Positions 26,313-39,395 of a DNA stretch of 64,000 nucleotides are shown here, in pieces (position 1 is the first letter of the stretch; each line of letters starts with the position of its first letter). The notes beneath the pieces are model-generated. The model did not search any database. It saw only the letters and a program-made list of their open reading frames with translations, and was not told the origin of the DNA. The translations under genes and the position numbers were made by a program. Origin of the DNA: Lingula anatina. Its lineage: Eukaryota; Animalia; Brachiopoda. The DNA is taken from NCBI GenBank assembly GCA_051362555.1, contig CM120643.1, positions 17,984,848-18,048,847 of the forward strand, in the 5' to 3' direction.

Positions 26313-29300
26313 ATGCCTGGAGGCTGGGGGAGGAAAGCAGCTGGTAGGATAGACAGGACACAGTTTGGTGATGACGAACTGTTGAAGAGTTTGGGAGGGG
26401 AATATAATGTCGACTTCACTGATTATGCACAGTGGCAAAGAACTGGACTTCAAGCTGTGCATGAACATGCTAAGAAAAGTGCAAGTGGGCTGGTTGCTCT
26501 GACGCCAGGTACATCTCTCTCTCTCTCTCAATAAAACCAACACCTAAAATCTCTATTAGTATTTGAACTTTGAAAAAAAAAATTAAGTCTGATGCCAAAT
26601 CTTCTTGTTGCCAGTTGCCCTTGACCAGTTGACTAATGTTGTAGACTGATGACATGAATTTCATATAATTTCATCTGATTTTAGAGAGATCCCCTTTTAC
26701 TGTTGGTGCTGGAGGTTCACCTTTTGCCAGTAAAAGGATCGGTTCTGCCTCCTCCACGTGTCGACATGGTGCCCACAAAAAAGAGGGACCTCCTGAGACA
26801 GAGGAAGACAAGAAGAGGACAGAAAGGATAAAGATTTTACAAGTAAAAAGCAAATGTGTTTGACAATTAAATAATTTTAACCGTATCTCTGTGTGTTTGT
26901 ACATACATGTACCATTTTTTTTTTTGTTTTCAGATCATCAATGCAAAAGTTTTATTTGAAAATCAGAAAGTTTTTTTCTTTTCATTAACTACAAATGACA
27001 ATGAATATAAAAAAAAACATTATACAAGAGTCATGCAAATGACTCTAAATGTTTCAGACTGATATTTTGATATTATCCCTTCTTTCAGTTACGAATAAGG
27101 TCAAGGCGGCAAACGTTAGAAGAGTACAAGAACAGATACTACAGGCTGTATCCTTTATAAACATCAAATAATTTAAGTCTTTGGAATTAAAATTTTGCAA
27201 CTTAAAGCAGTGGGGACACATTGATGGTGTGAAACACTTCACAAAAAGGATTTTATATGGATTTTGGTGTTTTAATCCAGTGTCATCATTGGCTGCTAAG
27301 TGGTGTTTTGTTTTGGATTCACTGTTACAATTCAGAAAGTGTCAAAATAAATCATAACTCAAGTTAATGTAAAGATTTTTTTCCTTGGTTTTATCCTTTA
27401 CTATCTGCTGCAGCATGGATGATAATGTGACCCTGCGTCAAGAAATTGATGGCGTTGAAGAAGAAGCACATGATGATGTTAAGAAACAGCTCCGTACATA
27501 TGAAAAATTTAGGGTGAGGAACATATCACAAATTTAAATTTTTAAAAGTTCTTGCATCATTGCCAAAATCATGTAAGAATGTAGATTTTTTTGTGGGCAA
27601 AGAATTTAAATATGCATAAATATTATCTCTTAATTTAATTTTGTTCAAGTCATTTTTTTTGGTGGGAGCAGTAGTGGGGGTTTAAAACATCTTGTGAAAC
27701 AACATTTCCTGATTAATTTCAGTTTATTGCATCAAAATCATACTCTGTTTTCTGTAAGGTATGAAAATGTTGTTGTTGTGATGATAGTCTGGTTATCAGG
27801 GTGATGTTTTTTGACATTCTGCTTACAGGGAGGGATGACAAAACTTCAATCCAGATTTGTAACCGATCTTGACCAGGCTAAGACGGAGTTGAGAGAAACT
27901 AAAATTAAAACTGAAACAGAACTGGCAGGTACAGCTCTGACTTTTTTCAAAAACCCAAGAATACACTGTAAAAAGTTGGGTCATTGTATAATAGGAAAGA
28001 ACGAAAGGGTTATTAGGCACAGCAGTTACCAAATTTTGTAACCTAAAATAAAATAATGATAACAATTTCCTAGTTATAGAATTACAATTGTACACTGTCA
28101 AAGGATATTGTTTGTTAACTTTGCTGATATAGATTAGAATGAAAATATTAAATATACACAATATTGATGACAATGAGTTAGGAATTACAGGTTATATAAA
28201 GTTCTTGAACTATTGTTCAAAAAACGAAACCTAGCTCAAGTGATTTTGTGAAATCTCGACATTTTCAGCTCTTCAGAAACTTGTGGATGCAGTCGATGTG
28301 CAACTGAAGGCAAAACAAGATGAGCTACATGTACTCCTCAACTACAAGGTAAGTACTGACACTGGAGTCTTATCCTACAAACAGTTGTATTATAATGATA
28401 TTACATTCACTCACACAACATGTGTAAAGAGAGTAGGGTAATGGCAAAAATTCTGTGCTTGAAGTTGGACATCAGTTAACTGAGGCCTTTGCCCATGACT
28501 TTATTAAATTATTTAATATTTTAAAATAAATTTGGCTTCATGAGTGGACAGGATCTATTACCTCCTGCTTCCTGCACTAAGGGCTAATATGGGCTAAGGG
28601 GGCTTACCCCCCTCCCCCCGCCACCCCATGCACTTAGCCCTCTCAGATCCTATCCCTATGCACACACACACAAAGGCAAAAAAAAAAAAAAAAAAATAGA
28701 GAGAAGATATGTGCGTATTGTCAGGTAATTAACTTTTAATATAATTTTACCAATTTAGGATAAAGAGTATCCTGTTAAAGCCATCAGAATAGCAGATTTG
28801 GAGAATGAAATTGAGAATGTCCAGATCAGCAATGAAGAGGATCAGCTAGAACTAGAACATATCATTGACACAGAGATTGGGAAGTTGAAAAAGAACCAAA
28901 ACAGTGTGCAGAAAGAAATAACTGAACATGTCACCAAGGTAGAGTATGGGGTATTACTGATTGAATGACCAGGTTTTAAGACTGAAAAAAAAAAGCTAAA
29001 ATGAATAAATTTAAAAAAATGAACACAAAAAGTGCTAGGCGTTTTCAGTTATACAACAAATGCAACAGTCTTCAATTCAAAGGTGATGGTTTTTCCTGCT
29101 TGATAACACCTGATGTAGTTTAAGTGACAGCTTTGGTAATTGGATTGTTATGTTTGATATCCTATCAGTTCTGATATATGTGTACTGTGAGATTGTTCAA
29201 TTTCTGACCTGTAACATTCTTTCAATAATAATCATGATGATAACAATAAATAAAGCTCTAATATGGTTTTTAGTCATGGGCATCAGTTTCAATACTTTAA

Positions 29301-30643
29301 GATAATAATACGTACTTATAATGATTATTATTTTTGGTAGGAAGCCATAGCTAAGATGCACCCCAGTCTAAAAGATATGGCACTTCAAAATATGGTGATG
29401 AAAAAGGTAAGTTCAAAAAAAGGGTCCTCATCCAAGATTTTTGGACGAATATTATTAAACAGGCACATTTGGAAAACATGATTTTACCATTTGAAATGAA
29501 AAAAAACAAAACAAAACTTTCAGCTTCACTGGTTTTTCTTTGAACACATGATTTATTTAAGTGCAGAAGAAATTTTGCTTTAAAATTTGCTGGTATTTGT
29601 ATTCTGAAGAGTTTCAAAAGATAAATTAAAAGAGAAATAGCATCAGCATTTGAAATAAAACTGCTATACAACATATCTGAATTTTATCAGAATACAGTCT
29701 TCTTTCCAGTGTTATAAACAAAAATATTTAATAGCATCATAATGTTTTAGAATCAGGGTAGTCAAAATGTCCCCAACTTAAATAAGCACTGTAGACGAAA
29801 TGACCCCAACTTTAAATATTGACTATTAATAATTTATCACTTTGATAACAAATTCTGCAGTATGTACAAAGTTTCTTCAAATTATTGTGAGATGTGTCTT
29901 AGAAGTTCATAATTGCTTTTTAATATATTTTCTTTATAGGAAATGGAATTTCACCAGAAAGAGATAGATGCACAGGAACAACAGAACAAAGAACTGGAAG
30001 ACAGTATAAAACAACTGCTACAGGATCCACAAACAAACATAAAACTACAGTTGTTCCCAGAATTCTTTCCCATGAGGGAGAAGTAAGTGTATAATCATGG
30101 TTTCATTTGTCTGGCATGCAAAAGTTGGTACCCTTCTCTCTAAGGCCACACCCAACAGTAAAGCTGATTGAACTCCAAGGACTAAGTTTGACTGGAATGA
30201 AATAACTGGGCCCTGATATGGGGTCTTGTTGCAAGGGGAACAGAAGGTGATTTCTTGGTACTTGGGTAAGGAAATGTGATAATGACTAAGTATGTACTAG
30301 TGACTGAACCCACTGTGTCCAGGCATGTCATCCCCAAGTTTCCGAGGTCACTGTGAAATTAAGCTATATTCTCAAAAGCATGTGTGTGCATTTGTTATTC
30401 CAGGATACTTTTAAGGATACTCAATCAGGTATGGGTGTCAATAGGGATTTTCACATTGAACGTAAAATTGATACAAATTTGAGAAATGTATGCAAGTGAA
30501 ATTCCCAGAAAAATCTCCCAAGTTTCTCAGCCATGCTGCAAATACGGATTAAATTCTTTAATTAAAAAATTTTTTTTTCCAGATGTACACCGGACATGGA
30601 GGTCGTTTTGGACATACCTACCCAAGAGTGGCTTCCTATATGA
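26313..30643 (+). CDS. C20orf96: C20orf96 / DUF4618-like coiled-coil protein, 10 coding exons
   Basis: Exons 26313-26508, 26685-26842, 27089-27147, 27414-27513, 27829-27928, 28269-28348, 28759-28938, 29341-29406, 29940-30082 and 30583-30643 are all in phase. LNYKDKEYPVKAIRIADL and the C-terminus KCTPDMEVVLDIPTQEWLPI* resemble human C20orf96 (from memory). Confidence 0.85.
27148..27413 (+). other. U12-type (minor spliceosome) GT-AG intron
   Basis: 5' splice site GTATCCTTT. Branch point TCCTTTAC at 27394-27401, with the branch A 13 nt from the 3' end. No polypyrimidine tract after the branch point. The junction keeps the frame (YYRL|MDDN). Confidence 0.9.
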
Positions 30644-31882
30644 AATATAAAATGAGGTTATGTTAAATATTTTGGAAAGATCTGGCTTGTCATTACCTGC
30701 ACATGGATAGCGAAAGACAAAAACAGTGAACACCTTTCTAGATGACACACAGCTTTAACACAAATGGCAGGAAAAAACACTCGAGACAGATCAAGCTGTT
30801 TGCGTTGACAAAGCATTTTCAACAGGCCAACCAATAGTGGCTTGGTCAAGCTGACAGGAAGCCATGGAATGAAAATGTAGATTTGCCAAACCTCTTCTTG
30901 AATGCACACAGATCAAGTTAATTCACAAAAACTAACTAGATGAAGGATGGAGGTTGGCAGTGGAAAAGGTTTCTGTACAGCCCTCCATGATCTAAGAAGT
31001 GCACATCAACACAACTGAAAATGAACACCACAGAGAAGGGGGGGGGGGGGGGGATAAGATGAGGCTTTGATTCAGAAACTGTTTGCATTACAGTACATTG
31101 TACTAAGGCTGTGCCTTAAAGAAATTTTTAAAGAAATAAATGTATACCCTTTATTTTTCATTTTTATTGACCATTACTTTACTTTTGGAGCACAGGTTTT
31201 TAGGTATTCATCTCTTCTTTTCAAGTTTATTTAAGGTCATGCCCAGTGTTTGAAAATTTATATATTACATATTCACTTTGAAGGCGCTTTAAAAATCTGT
31301 ATAAAAATTCAGTTGGTTTTTAAATGGTTCAGAAAAAGTTCAGATCTGACTAAAAACAAACATAAATGTCTGCCATGTATTAAAAAAAAAAACCAAACAA
31401 TTATGTGAGAAATGGGTTTAATAAGTTTTGTAATCCTTCTTCAAACCATGACAATATCACAAACATCAAATGAAAGCCAACTATAGTTACACACAACAAG
31501 TATGTTATCTACACTGTGGTCCAGATAATCAAAAAACCTAGTTTATCAAGAGTTTTCTACACAATATCACAACTGTGACAGATTTGTTAAGAAAATCTTT
31601 ACAGTTTGATTTTTTGTCATAGTTTTTCAATTATTTAGTGCTCTATCTTCAGATCAGCAATGGATATAAATTTTGGTCTACAGAATATAAGTTAAAAACA
31701 AAATTATTCTTTTAAATAAGATGAGGAAAAATACTGGATTATACATAAGAAAACTGCAATTAAAACAAGTATGGTGTCTACACAGTCTCTAGGAAAGTCT
31801 CATAATCTGAAGAGGTCAAATTTACTATGCTGTCTTGTCTTATGATTGAATTGGGAGTTGTAAATGGATAAATTAAGACAAA

Positions 31883-34800
31883 TCATTTTCTCCACTCTCC
31901 CTTGTCATAATCCCAATAGGGATCTCCAGGCGTGTAGGAAGTATTTTGGGCAATCAGTTTACCCAAATGGACACCTTGCCAGTCTGCTTGCCTTATTCTA
32001 GCTACACGCGGGTCCCATGGGAAGACTGAAATAAACAATATAATATGTAACATATATATATATATATAACATAATACATAACATACACCTTGGTCATTTA
32101 TCATGTCTGACTCAACAGATAGCAAGGAAAAGTGTATGTGATTTTACTGCATTGCACACGTGTTATATGTAACCTAAGCCAATCTTCAGCTACCAATATC
32201 AATACAGTACTATCCTACTTGTAATCCACTAAATGTGTTTGTGAAGGTTTAATATGATAATTTCATAATCACTGCAAACTTTGGTGAAACAAGCCAGCTA
32301 AAACTGCAATGGACAGAGAAGCCTGAACACTGTTAACATGGAGTGATGACAAAATAATACAGCAACATGCAAATCTGAAACTCATGTTGTGTTTTAGCAA
32401 ATGTTACAAGTTTGAGAATAATTAACACAATTTTAATTATGTACTACTGTTACTGTGGACGATTACAAAATGTAACTGGCACAGGGCACCAAATAAAACT
32501 CTAGGATCTGCAAGTCATCTGACCCACTTGTTTAATATCCAAGGTACAACAAGAGACAACTAACAAGAACGAGCGACAACTTCGTGAAACCACACTCATA
32601 CCAAATGAGAGGCCCTAGAGTGATCGCTAACTAACAAGAGCTTCGTGAAACAGGCCCCAGGACATTTACAGGGACGCCAATGACAGAAATGTGTTGGCTA
32701 TTAGTCCAGTCACATAGTGTCTGTCCATAAAAATACTATAATTATAAACTTACTATAATCAATAGTGAGCTGGGTGTAGATCATAGTGCAACTTAGACCA
32801 AACAATGTTCCAATTAGAAGTCTTTTTCCCAATCCTTCTGGTGTGTACTCCTCCTTTAATGTTTGGCGATAACTGTAGCGATACACTGGAAATACAAAAG
32901 ACACTGGTTTATATTGTATACAAAACAAGGCCATAATTCATAGCAATAAACTGAGACAATATTCTTTAAAATTGGATCGTTTCTATGTGCCTGCGACTCC
33001 TAAAGTTGAACTCACAGATGCTCAACTAGAGTTGGACAGGTTCATCATACATACTGGGAATCTCCAAGAATGTTAATTAATGTCAAGCCCTGACTTAATG
33101 AGTGCATGCATCATGCTAAACCAGACTCACAAGTTTTCTTCTCATCAATGGAGAGGTTTTTCCAGTCCCCTTTTTCCTTTTCTAAGAGTGGCATGATTTC
33201 TGGGTATGGTTCCATGAATCTCACAGCAGGGAATGGGAATTCCTCAGCTTCTATGTACTCTGCAAAACCTGAGACCCCTGGGCCAACAATGTCACGGTTA
33301 CCTATGAAGTAAACATGAACACAAAACAGATGTACTTTTTAAATCTGCACGTAACAACAATGGGACATGGGCATAAAAATTTCAACAAGGCATAAACATG
33401 GGGTAAAAATAAAATGAAAAAAAAAAAAAAAAAAATTTAAATTAGATTGCCAGTATATGACTTCCTATTCAAGTTCAATAGTAACTATGGACTTATCTCT
33501 GCCAGTTTTGGAGATAAAAGGGAAGCAAAATTTGCAAAATTCAGTTCATGGTGAAAAGTAGGTCAAAGGTCAATTTCAAGGTCACATTTAGATTGCCAGT
33601 ATATGACTTTCTATTCAAGTTCAATAGTAACTATGGACCTATCTCAGCCAGTTTTGGAGATAAAAGGGAAGCAAAATTTGCAAAGTTCAGTTCATGGTGA
33701 AAAGTAGGTCAAAGGTCAATTTTAAGATCACATTTAGATTGCCAGTATATGACTTCCTATTCAAGTTCAATAGTAACTATGGACTTATCTCTGCCAGTTT
33801 TGGAGATAAAAGGGAAGCAAAATTTGCAAAATTCAGTTCATGGTGAAAAGTAGGTCAAAGGTCAATTTCAAGGTCACATTTAGATTGCCAGTATATGACT
33901 TTCTATTCAAGTTCAATAGTAACTATGGACCTATCTCAGCCAGTTTTGGAGATAAAAGGGAAGCAAAATTTGCAAAGTTCAGTTCATGGTGAAAAGTAGG
34001 TCAAAGGTCAATTTCAAGGTCACAGTAAGATTGCCAGTATATGACTTCCTATTCAACTTCAATAGTAACTATGGACCTATCTCTGCCAGTTTTGGAGATA
34101 TAAGGGACTAAATGTTATAATTTTGGAGTTACCATAATGTGCCTTAAATTTCGTACAGAAAAAATTAATTAAAATAAAGAAAATGTCATTTTGGTCAAAA
34201 TTCTTGAAATAGGAGGTGCTCTGAAGTTTCAGAAGTTCAAATTTGATGAAATAATGTCATTTTTGAATACAAGTTGTCTGCTTTGCCAAGCCTTACGTTT
34301 TATTTTTCCAGAGTTCAAAATTTATTATCCATTACCGTACTGCACATTTTGCTTTTACCACCAATATGTACTTTTTGATACAGCTTAACTCGAAAACCGT
34401 ATGGAATACAAAAAAACCGAGACCACTTCCAGTGTTGGGCTTTACATGCTCTACAAAATGCAAAAATGAATGGGTCTCTAGCATTAACGGTTCCCGAATT
34501 AGAGACAGTTTTCAGTTTCGGTATCTTATGGCCGCTACTCCCGTGAAAATGCACCGATTGACCCCAAATTCATGGAGATGAAAGATGACCTGAAGGGTAA
34601 CACTTTCCAATAATATTATTGGTTAAGTCTGTGTAGTGTCTGAATAACAGGGCAAAAAAAAAAAATTTTCGGAAAAAATATCATTTTTTTGAAAATTTTG
34701 GCTCATTTGACCTTGAAGTAAAGGTCAAAGGTCAAATCCAAGGGCATATTTGAAATCTACACATATGACTTTTGGAAAGCTGTCTGTAGAAATTTTTCCC

Positions 34801-35921
34801 ATAATTCCTTCCGTAGGGTAGATAATTAGCATTTAATTTTGCCATTTTTAGACAAGGGTGCATTGCAATGAGTGCCACACCCAGACCCCAATACCGACAA
34901 AGCCCAAATTTTACGTGGAACGAGTTGAGATTATAGGTGACCTAAATCCATGAGATGGGTACGGGGGCCCTTACCGTCTAGAAGTAGAAGCGGTAACGGT
35001 GACTTGGCGGCGGAGCCAGAGGAGCCGGCGGAGCCGGCGGAGCCGCAGGAGCCGGCGGAGCCGGCGGAACATGCGGGTCGGGACTAAAACCATGTGTACC
35101 GCCAGCGCCTACGCTGGTGGTACAATAATAATAAATTTCAAGAGGGAAGGGGGGGGGGAGTGAACATAATTGATAACTTCTCCTGCTGACACTCTTGCAC
35201 AAATATAACAACTGCCTTCTCATCTAGGTCCTATTGCGAACAATCTCTTGCTAAAGATATGAAAATTGCCTTCTTGTCTATCAGCATTGTCAGTTGCCGT
35301 ACCTTTGAAGGTCCGGAAGGTGTCCCCTTTAATAATTTGGTGGTAAGTTTGCTCAGACTTTGTTTAGTGTTTTTCAAAAAATTTGTAAGCCATCCAGCCG
35401 TATTTGGAAAAATAGGCCGTCTGGTGATGCCAGCTGCTGTCCAAATGGACAATTTGCTGGGAAAAGCCCTGATATATATAAAACTTAAATAACTTTCACA
35501 AAAATTATCTGATCGTGTCAGGGTCTGTATATAAAAAGACAAAACATATAAAGAATAAAAGTTTGCTCTGAAACAATTTTACTTCTTATAAAAAGCCTTA
35601 ATATAGTTCTTGCTAATAAACTGTACAGAATGCCCATAAAATTGTTTGCTCCTTAATTTAAATATTGTCTATGCAGAACACTATCCCACCTATGACTGTA
35701 TAAAGCTTTTCCCTGAGGTGAGCATTCCTTCCTTTTTTGGCTGGTGCTGGTGGATTATTTTTCAAAAGCCACTTCGAATTTTCTTCTTCAGTGACAGGAA
35801 CTTGAATACCAACAACAGGAACTTCATCACCTGTGGTGGTGACTCCACTCAACCGTGGCACTGAGGTGACCAGGGTGCGCCTTCCCAGTATCACAGGTAC
35901 CCTCAGCAAGCCACTAGCCAT
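31883..35921 (-). CDS. COX4: Cytochrome c oxidase subunit 4, mitochondrial precursor (~225 aa), 4 coding exons
   Basis: Exons 35921-35690, 33301-33131 (GNRDIVGPG..FPFPAVRF..EKEKGDWKNLSIDEKKTL), 32885-32754 (YRYSYRQTLKE plus TM) and 32025-31883 (WDYDKGEWRK*). Arg-rich presequence. Non-coding exon donor at 36998. Confidence 0.93.
33435..35125. mobile_element. Second HINE/Helentron-like element with 146-bp tandem array, in a COX4 intron
   Basis: Tandem units (agattgccagtatatgac) at about 33442, 33588, 33734, 33879 and 34025. A (GGAGCCGGC)n microsatellite at 35004-35068 is followed by the terminal hairpin TGTACCGCCAGCG-ccta-CGCTGGTGGTACA (35095-35124). The left end is not resolved. Confidence 0.7.
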
Positions 35922-36998
35922 AATGACTCCTGAAAATATATTATTAAATGAAACAGCAATTATATATCTGGGTATATATAAATTTATTATCAAGTAACTA
36001 TTTAAACATTTATCAACCCAAAGTAAGCAGTATGCTTCTCACAGGGACATCACTACATCCAACTACTGCACAGGAGATGACTTTTGAATCTTTTTGTATT
36101 TACTGAAAACATCAATCTAGAAAAAATATTGGTCCCACGTCAAAACTCCATCTGTACTGTCTATTTTTTGTTTACAATAGTCAAATTATCTCAAAGTTTC
36201 AATTAACAATACCACATCCCAGTATTATTTATCCTTTACAATTTGGCACTTGATTAGGTACATCAGAAAAAAATAAGAACGTGCCAGATATAAACACAAG
36301 TTATATATCCTGAAAGGTCGTTTTATCTAGAATGTCTTTTGGAATTTTGATATTATCTTTAAAATTAAAGGAAATATCACAGTTTTTAAATAGCAATGTT
36401 AGGGCAAATGTGTCCTCCCACTTTAGACAGAAAGCTGTGGCCACTGAGCGCTTTTGTTCCACCTTTAAAACATACTTCGCCTCGATCAATTTTCATGGAG
36501 TTTTTTGCATCAGATCACAAAGGTTCTATACTTTCACAAAGTATAAAATAAGAGATTTCTGTATATGTTGTTAAACGAGGTGCTTCACGAAGAAATTTGA
36601 CTGACGTTGGAAACAAAATTCAACTTATCACCATATGCATGAAGTCAATGACTAAACCCAAAAATGATAAAATAACAGCCTGTCAGGGTAAAAAAGTCGA
36701 ACCCAACTGCACAAAATAAGATTTTTATCTTTTAAAATCTCAATTTGGTCGCAAATTGTGCCGCATTTCTTTATATAGAAACCGCTGAACTTCTAGGGAG
36801 AACGTGACAAATTTGGTCAATTTGAGGTCAGGATTTCCTCGAGGAGGACAGGATTGACTGTGAGTAATATATGCATCTAACCAGTCAAAGTTTACATTAA
36901 ATTTCTGAAATATAAATGAACTGGCAATCTGACAGTATAAAATTCCACTTTTTTCGAAGAAAATGATTAATTAAGAAGAAAACTCTCTGGTGGCTTAC

Positions 36999-37100
36999 CT
37001 TCTTTACAAGATGGCGTGCGTCAGTCTCGTCAAGTCGCGTTCAATGGACGAGATTAAACATGGCACCGCTAACGAGAGTACAACACGGTAAGATTGAATG
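36999..37100. promoter_or_regulatory. Compact bidirectional promoter shared by COX4 (-) and SYS1 (+)
   Basis: Minus-strand donor (cttac) ends at 36998. Plus-strand donors gtaaga at 37088 and gtaagg at 37101. YY1-type CAAGATGGCG at 37007-37016. Local CpG-rich patch. Confidence 0.7.
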
Positions 37101-38129
37101 GTAAGGTTATTTATATTTATTTTTATACCCCAAAATGACTGTTATCTATATCTAGTAGAACCTCTTAAGTAAATTGTTTTTAAAGGCAATTTGGTTAAAA
37201 TTATTTATCTCAAAAAAAAAAAAAAATTAAACAGCTTTTTACGCGTTTGAACAGCATCATTCATGATGACGATAAATTCGTTGTTCTGGCATCTTTTTTC
37301 GCCAGCGTGTGAGTCAGCTTAGTATTAACTTCACATGGTTAAATGAATACGTTTGGTTCCCATAAACGGTTAAGATTAAGGTAGGTGGCTTTTATGTACA
37401 TATTTATTGAGATCCGAGTAGTTGGTGCCCAAGACCTATTTATGCTAATAGTAAGTTTTGTTAACGTCAAAATTGTACTTCGTCACATTGGCTTGCTCAT
37501 TTGAGTTAGTACATTATATGTGCACTATCAAAACATGTACGTCTTAGATAAGTATTCAACTGATAAATCTGTCACATAAAATCAAACTATGTTCAAAATC
37601 ACCGAAAATAAAGAGCACCAAAATTAATCGATGAGATGACTTAACTCTCTTTCCCATCTTGTAAATCAATCCAACTCTCGGCTGAATGCAATCAGTTTAA
37701 CAGATTAACACGCCTCCTCCTCCTTCTCCTCCAGGCGTTGGGTAAAATACAGAAAAGGTGGTTATAATAATTTATTATATGAGCTTGTTACTTGCAATCT
37801 GTTACTAATAAACTTGTTAATAAACTATGTAAACTAGTTAACTATGTTAATGTTACTTATGTTTTGTGCAATAAAACTTTGCTGAACAAACTCCAAATTA
37901 ACTGCTTTTCACAATACTTGTGAATCACCATGATTGTTCTTCATTCTTTTTTGTCAACAGAATATTTTCCATTTCAATCTCTTTCTTAAGAAATGAATAT
38001 GAATTTTCATTTTTATTCTTATAAATATACAGACACTGTAAGGCTGTGTCTGTATATATTCTGATTGATCTGCCTATCCATGTCGTTGCGATCCCTGTTG
38101 TTGTCACTGTTACTGTCCAACACGTGATG

Positions 38130-38500
38130 CTCCCCCCATAACTGCCAAACTTTATTTTTGTTTTACTTTAAATTTACAGAGTGGCTTTAGTAAAAAGGCT
38201 GGTTGCATTCAGAAATTGGCATGATTGGTTTATATTTACAGTATTTATTCTGTTTTTTGCACAATTTTGGTGACTTTTGCCCCATAACTACCATACTGTA
38301 TTTTTGTTTAAATTTACCAAGTGGCTTTGTTTGGTAAACAGGCAGGTTGCTTTTGAAAATTAGCATGATTAGTTTACATTTATGGTAATTGTTATTTTTA
38401 TTATTATTATTATTACTTTTTTTTGTTACATTGGCCCCATAACTTCCAAACCATATTATTGTTTTACTTTAAATTTACTGAGTGGCTTTTTCAGTAAAGG
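38130..38500. repeat. Degenerate ~150-bp tandem repeat (3 units) in a SYS1 5' intron
   Basis: ccccataact..aaattta..gtggcttt recurs at about 38134, 38280 and 38435. Confidence 0.7.
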
Positions 38501-39069
38501 GGAAGGTAATTATCCTGGTATCTGTTTAGGGTCTGTATGTTTGTCAGCTCTGCTGTCTAGTTTATTCTTTGGAACATTGTAGATTGATATTCAAGTTCTT
38601 TTCACCCTCTCTTTGATTTTTTTCCTTTTTTAAAGTCTTTGCCTCCCTTTTTCATTTACTGTAATAGTGGCATATGTCATTTATGTTTATGTGATTGTTT
38701 GGTCATACTTTGCCATAACCAGTAAATATTTTTTTTTATCATTATGCATTTGAAGAATGCAGAAATTGAACTCTAAAAACAAAAAATCACGTTCAGCCTG
38801 GCAGTACGTATATTGAAGCATTTGGTGGAGTAGAATTTTTTAAGTTGTAACCAGTTGGCAGATACATAATATTGCACTCTGAATAGTGTATTTTATGTAT
38901 ACCCCTATTTGACAATGTATGATAAACTCTCAATTGCTTTTGCATTTCAGATCGCATGAAGGAAAATCGTAGGAAATCACCTAGTGAGACAGACATTGAA
39001 TTTAAGTGAGAACAATACTAGACAGGCCCTGGCTGCCATCATTTGTAGCTCATTGTGTCCATTGAGGCT

Positions 39070-39365
39070 CCTGGAGCATCAAAGATTGCATATGGTGAGA
39101 CACCAGAAGGAATATAGATTGCATATGTTGAGACATCAGGCTTAATACAAATTGTGTTAGTTGAGACATAAGGCTAAATACAGATTGTGTTAGTTGAAAA
39201 ACCAGGAGCAGTTCAGATTGTTTGGTGAGACACCATATATTATTTTGTTTGGATTAGGTGAAACACTGAAAGCAATACAGATTGCGTTAGATGAGACCCC
39301 AGAGGCCAGGTTACCTGCATTGGATGTGGTACTAAACCGATTTTACATTGTGTTGGGTGAGACAG
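39070..39365. repeat. 33-bp minisatellite, degenerate
   Basis: gattg(c/t)..(g/t)tgagaca units with a 33-bp period immediately upstream of the SYS1 coding exon. Confidence 0.75.
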
Positions 39366-39395
39366 CCTCTTAGCTGTTAGATAACGACCTGAAAA

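Noticed and set aside
31018-31033. Poly-G/poly-C tracts as G-quadruplex regulators (also 15976, 48890, 56262)
   Set aside because: Common homopolymers in such genomes, often MITE-associated and of unreliable length. No specific functional evidence.
34978-35223. Pro/Ala-rich ORF (PPAPPAPAAPP)
   Set aside because: Translation of the (GGAGCCGGC)n microsatellite of the HINE-like element inside a COX4 intron.
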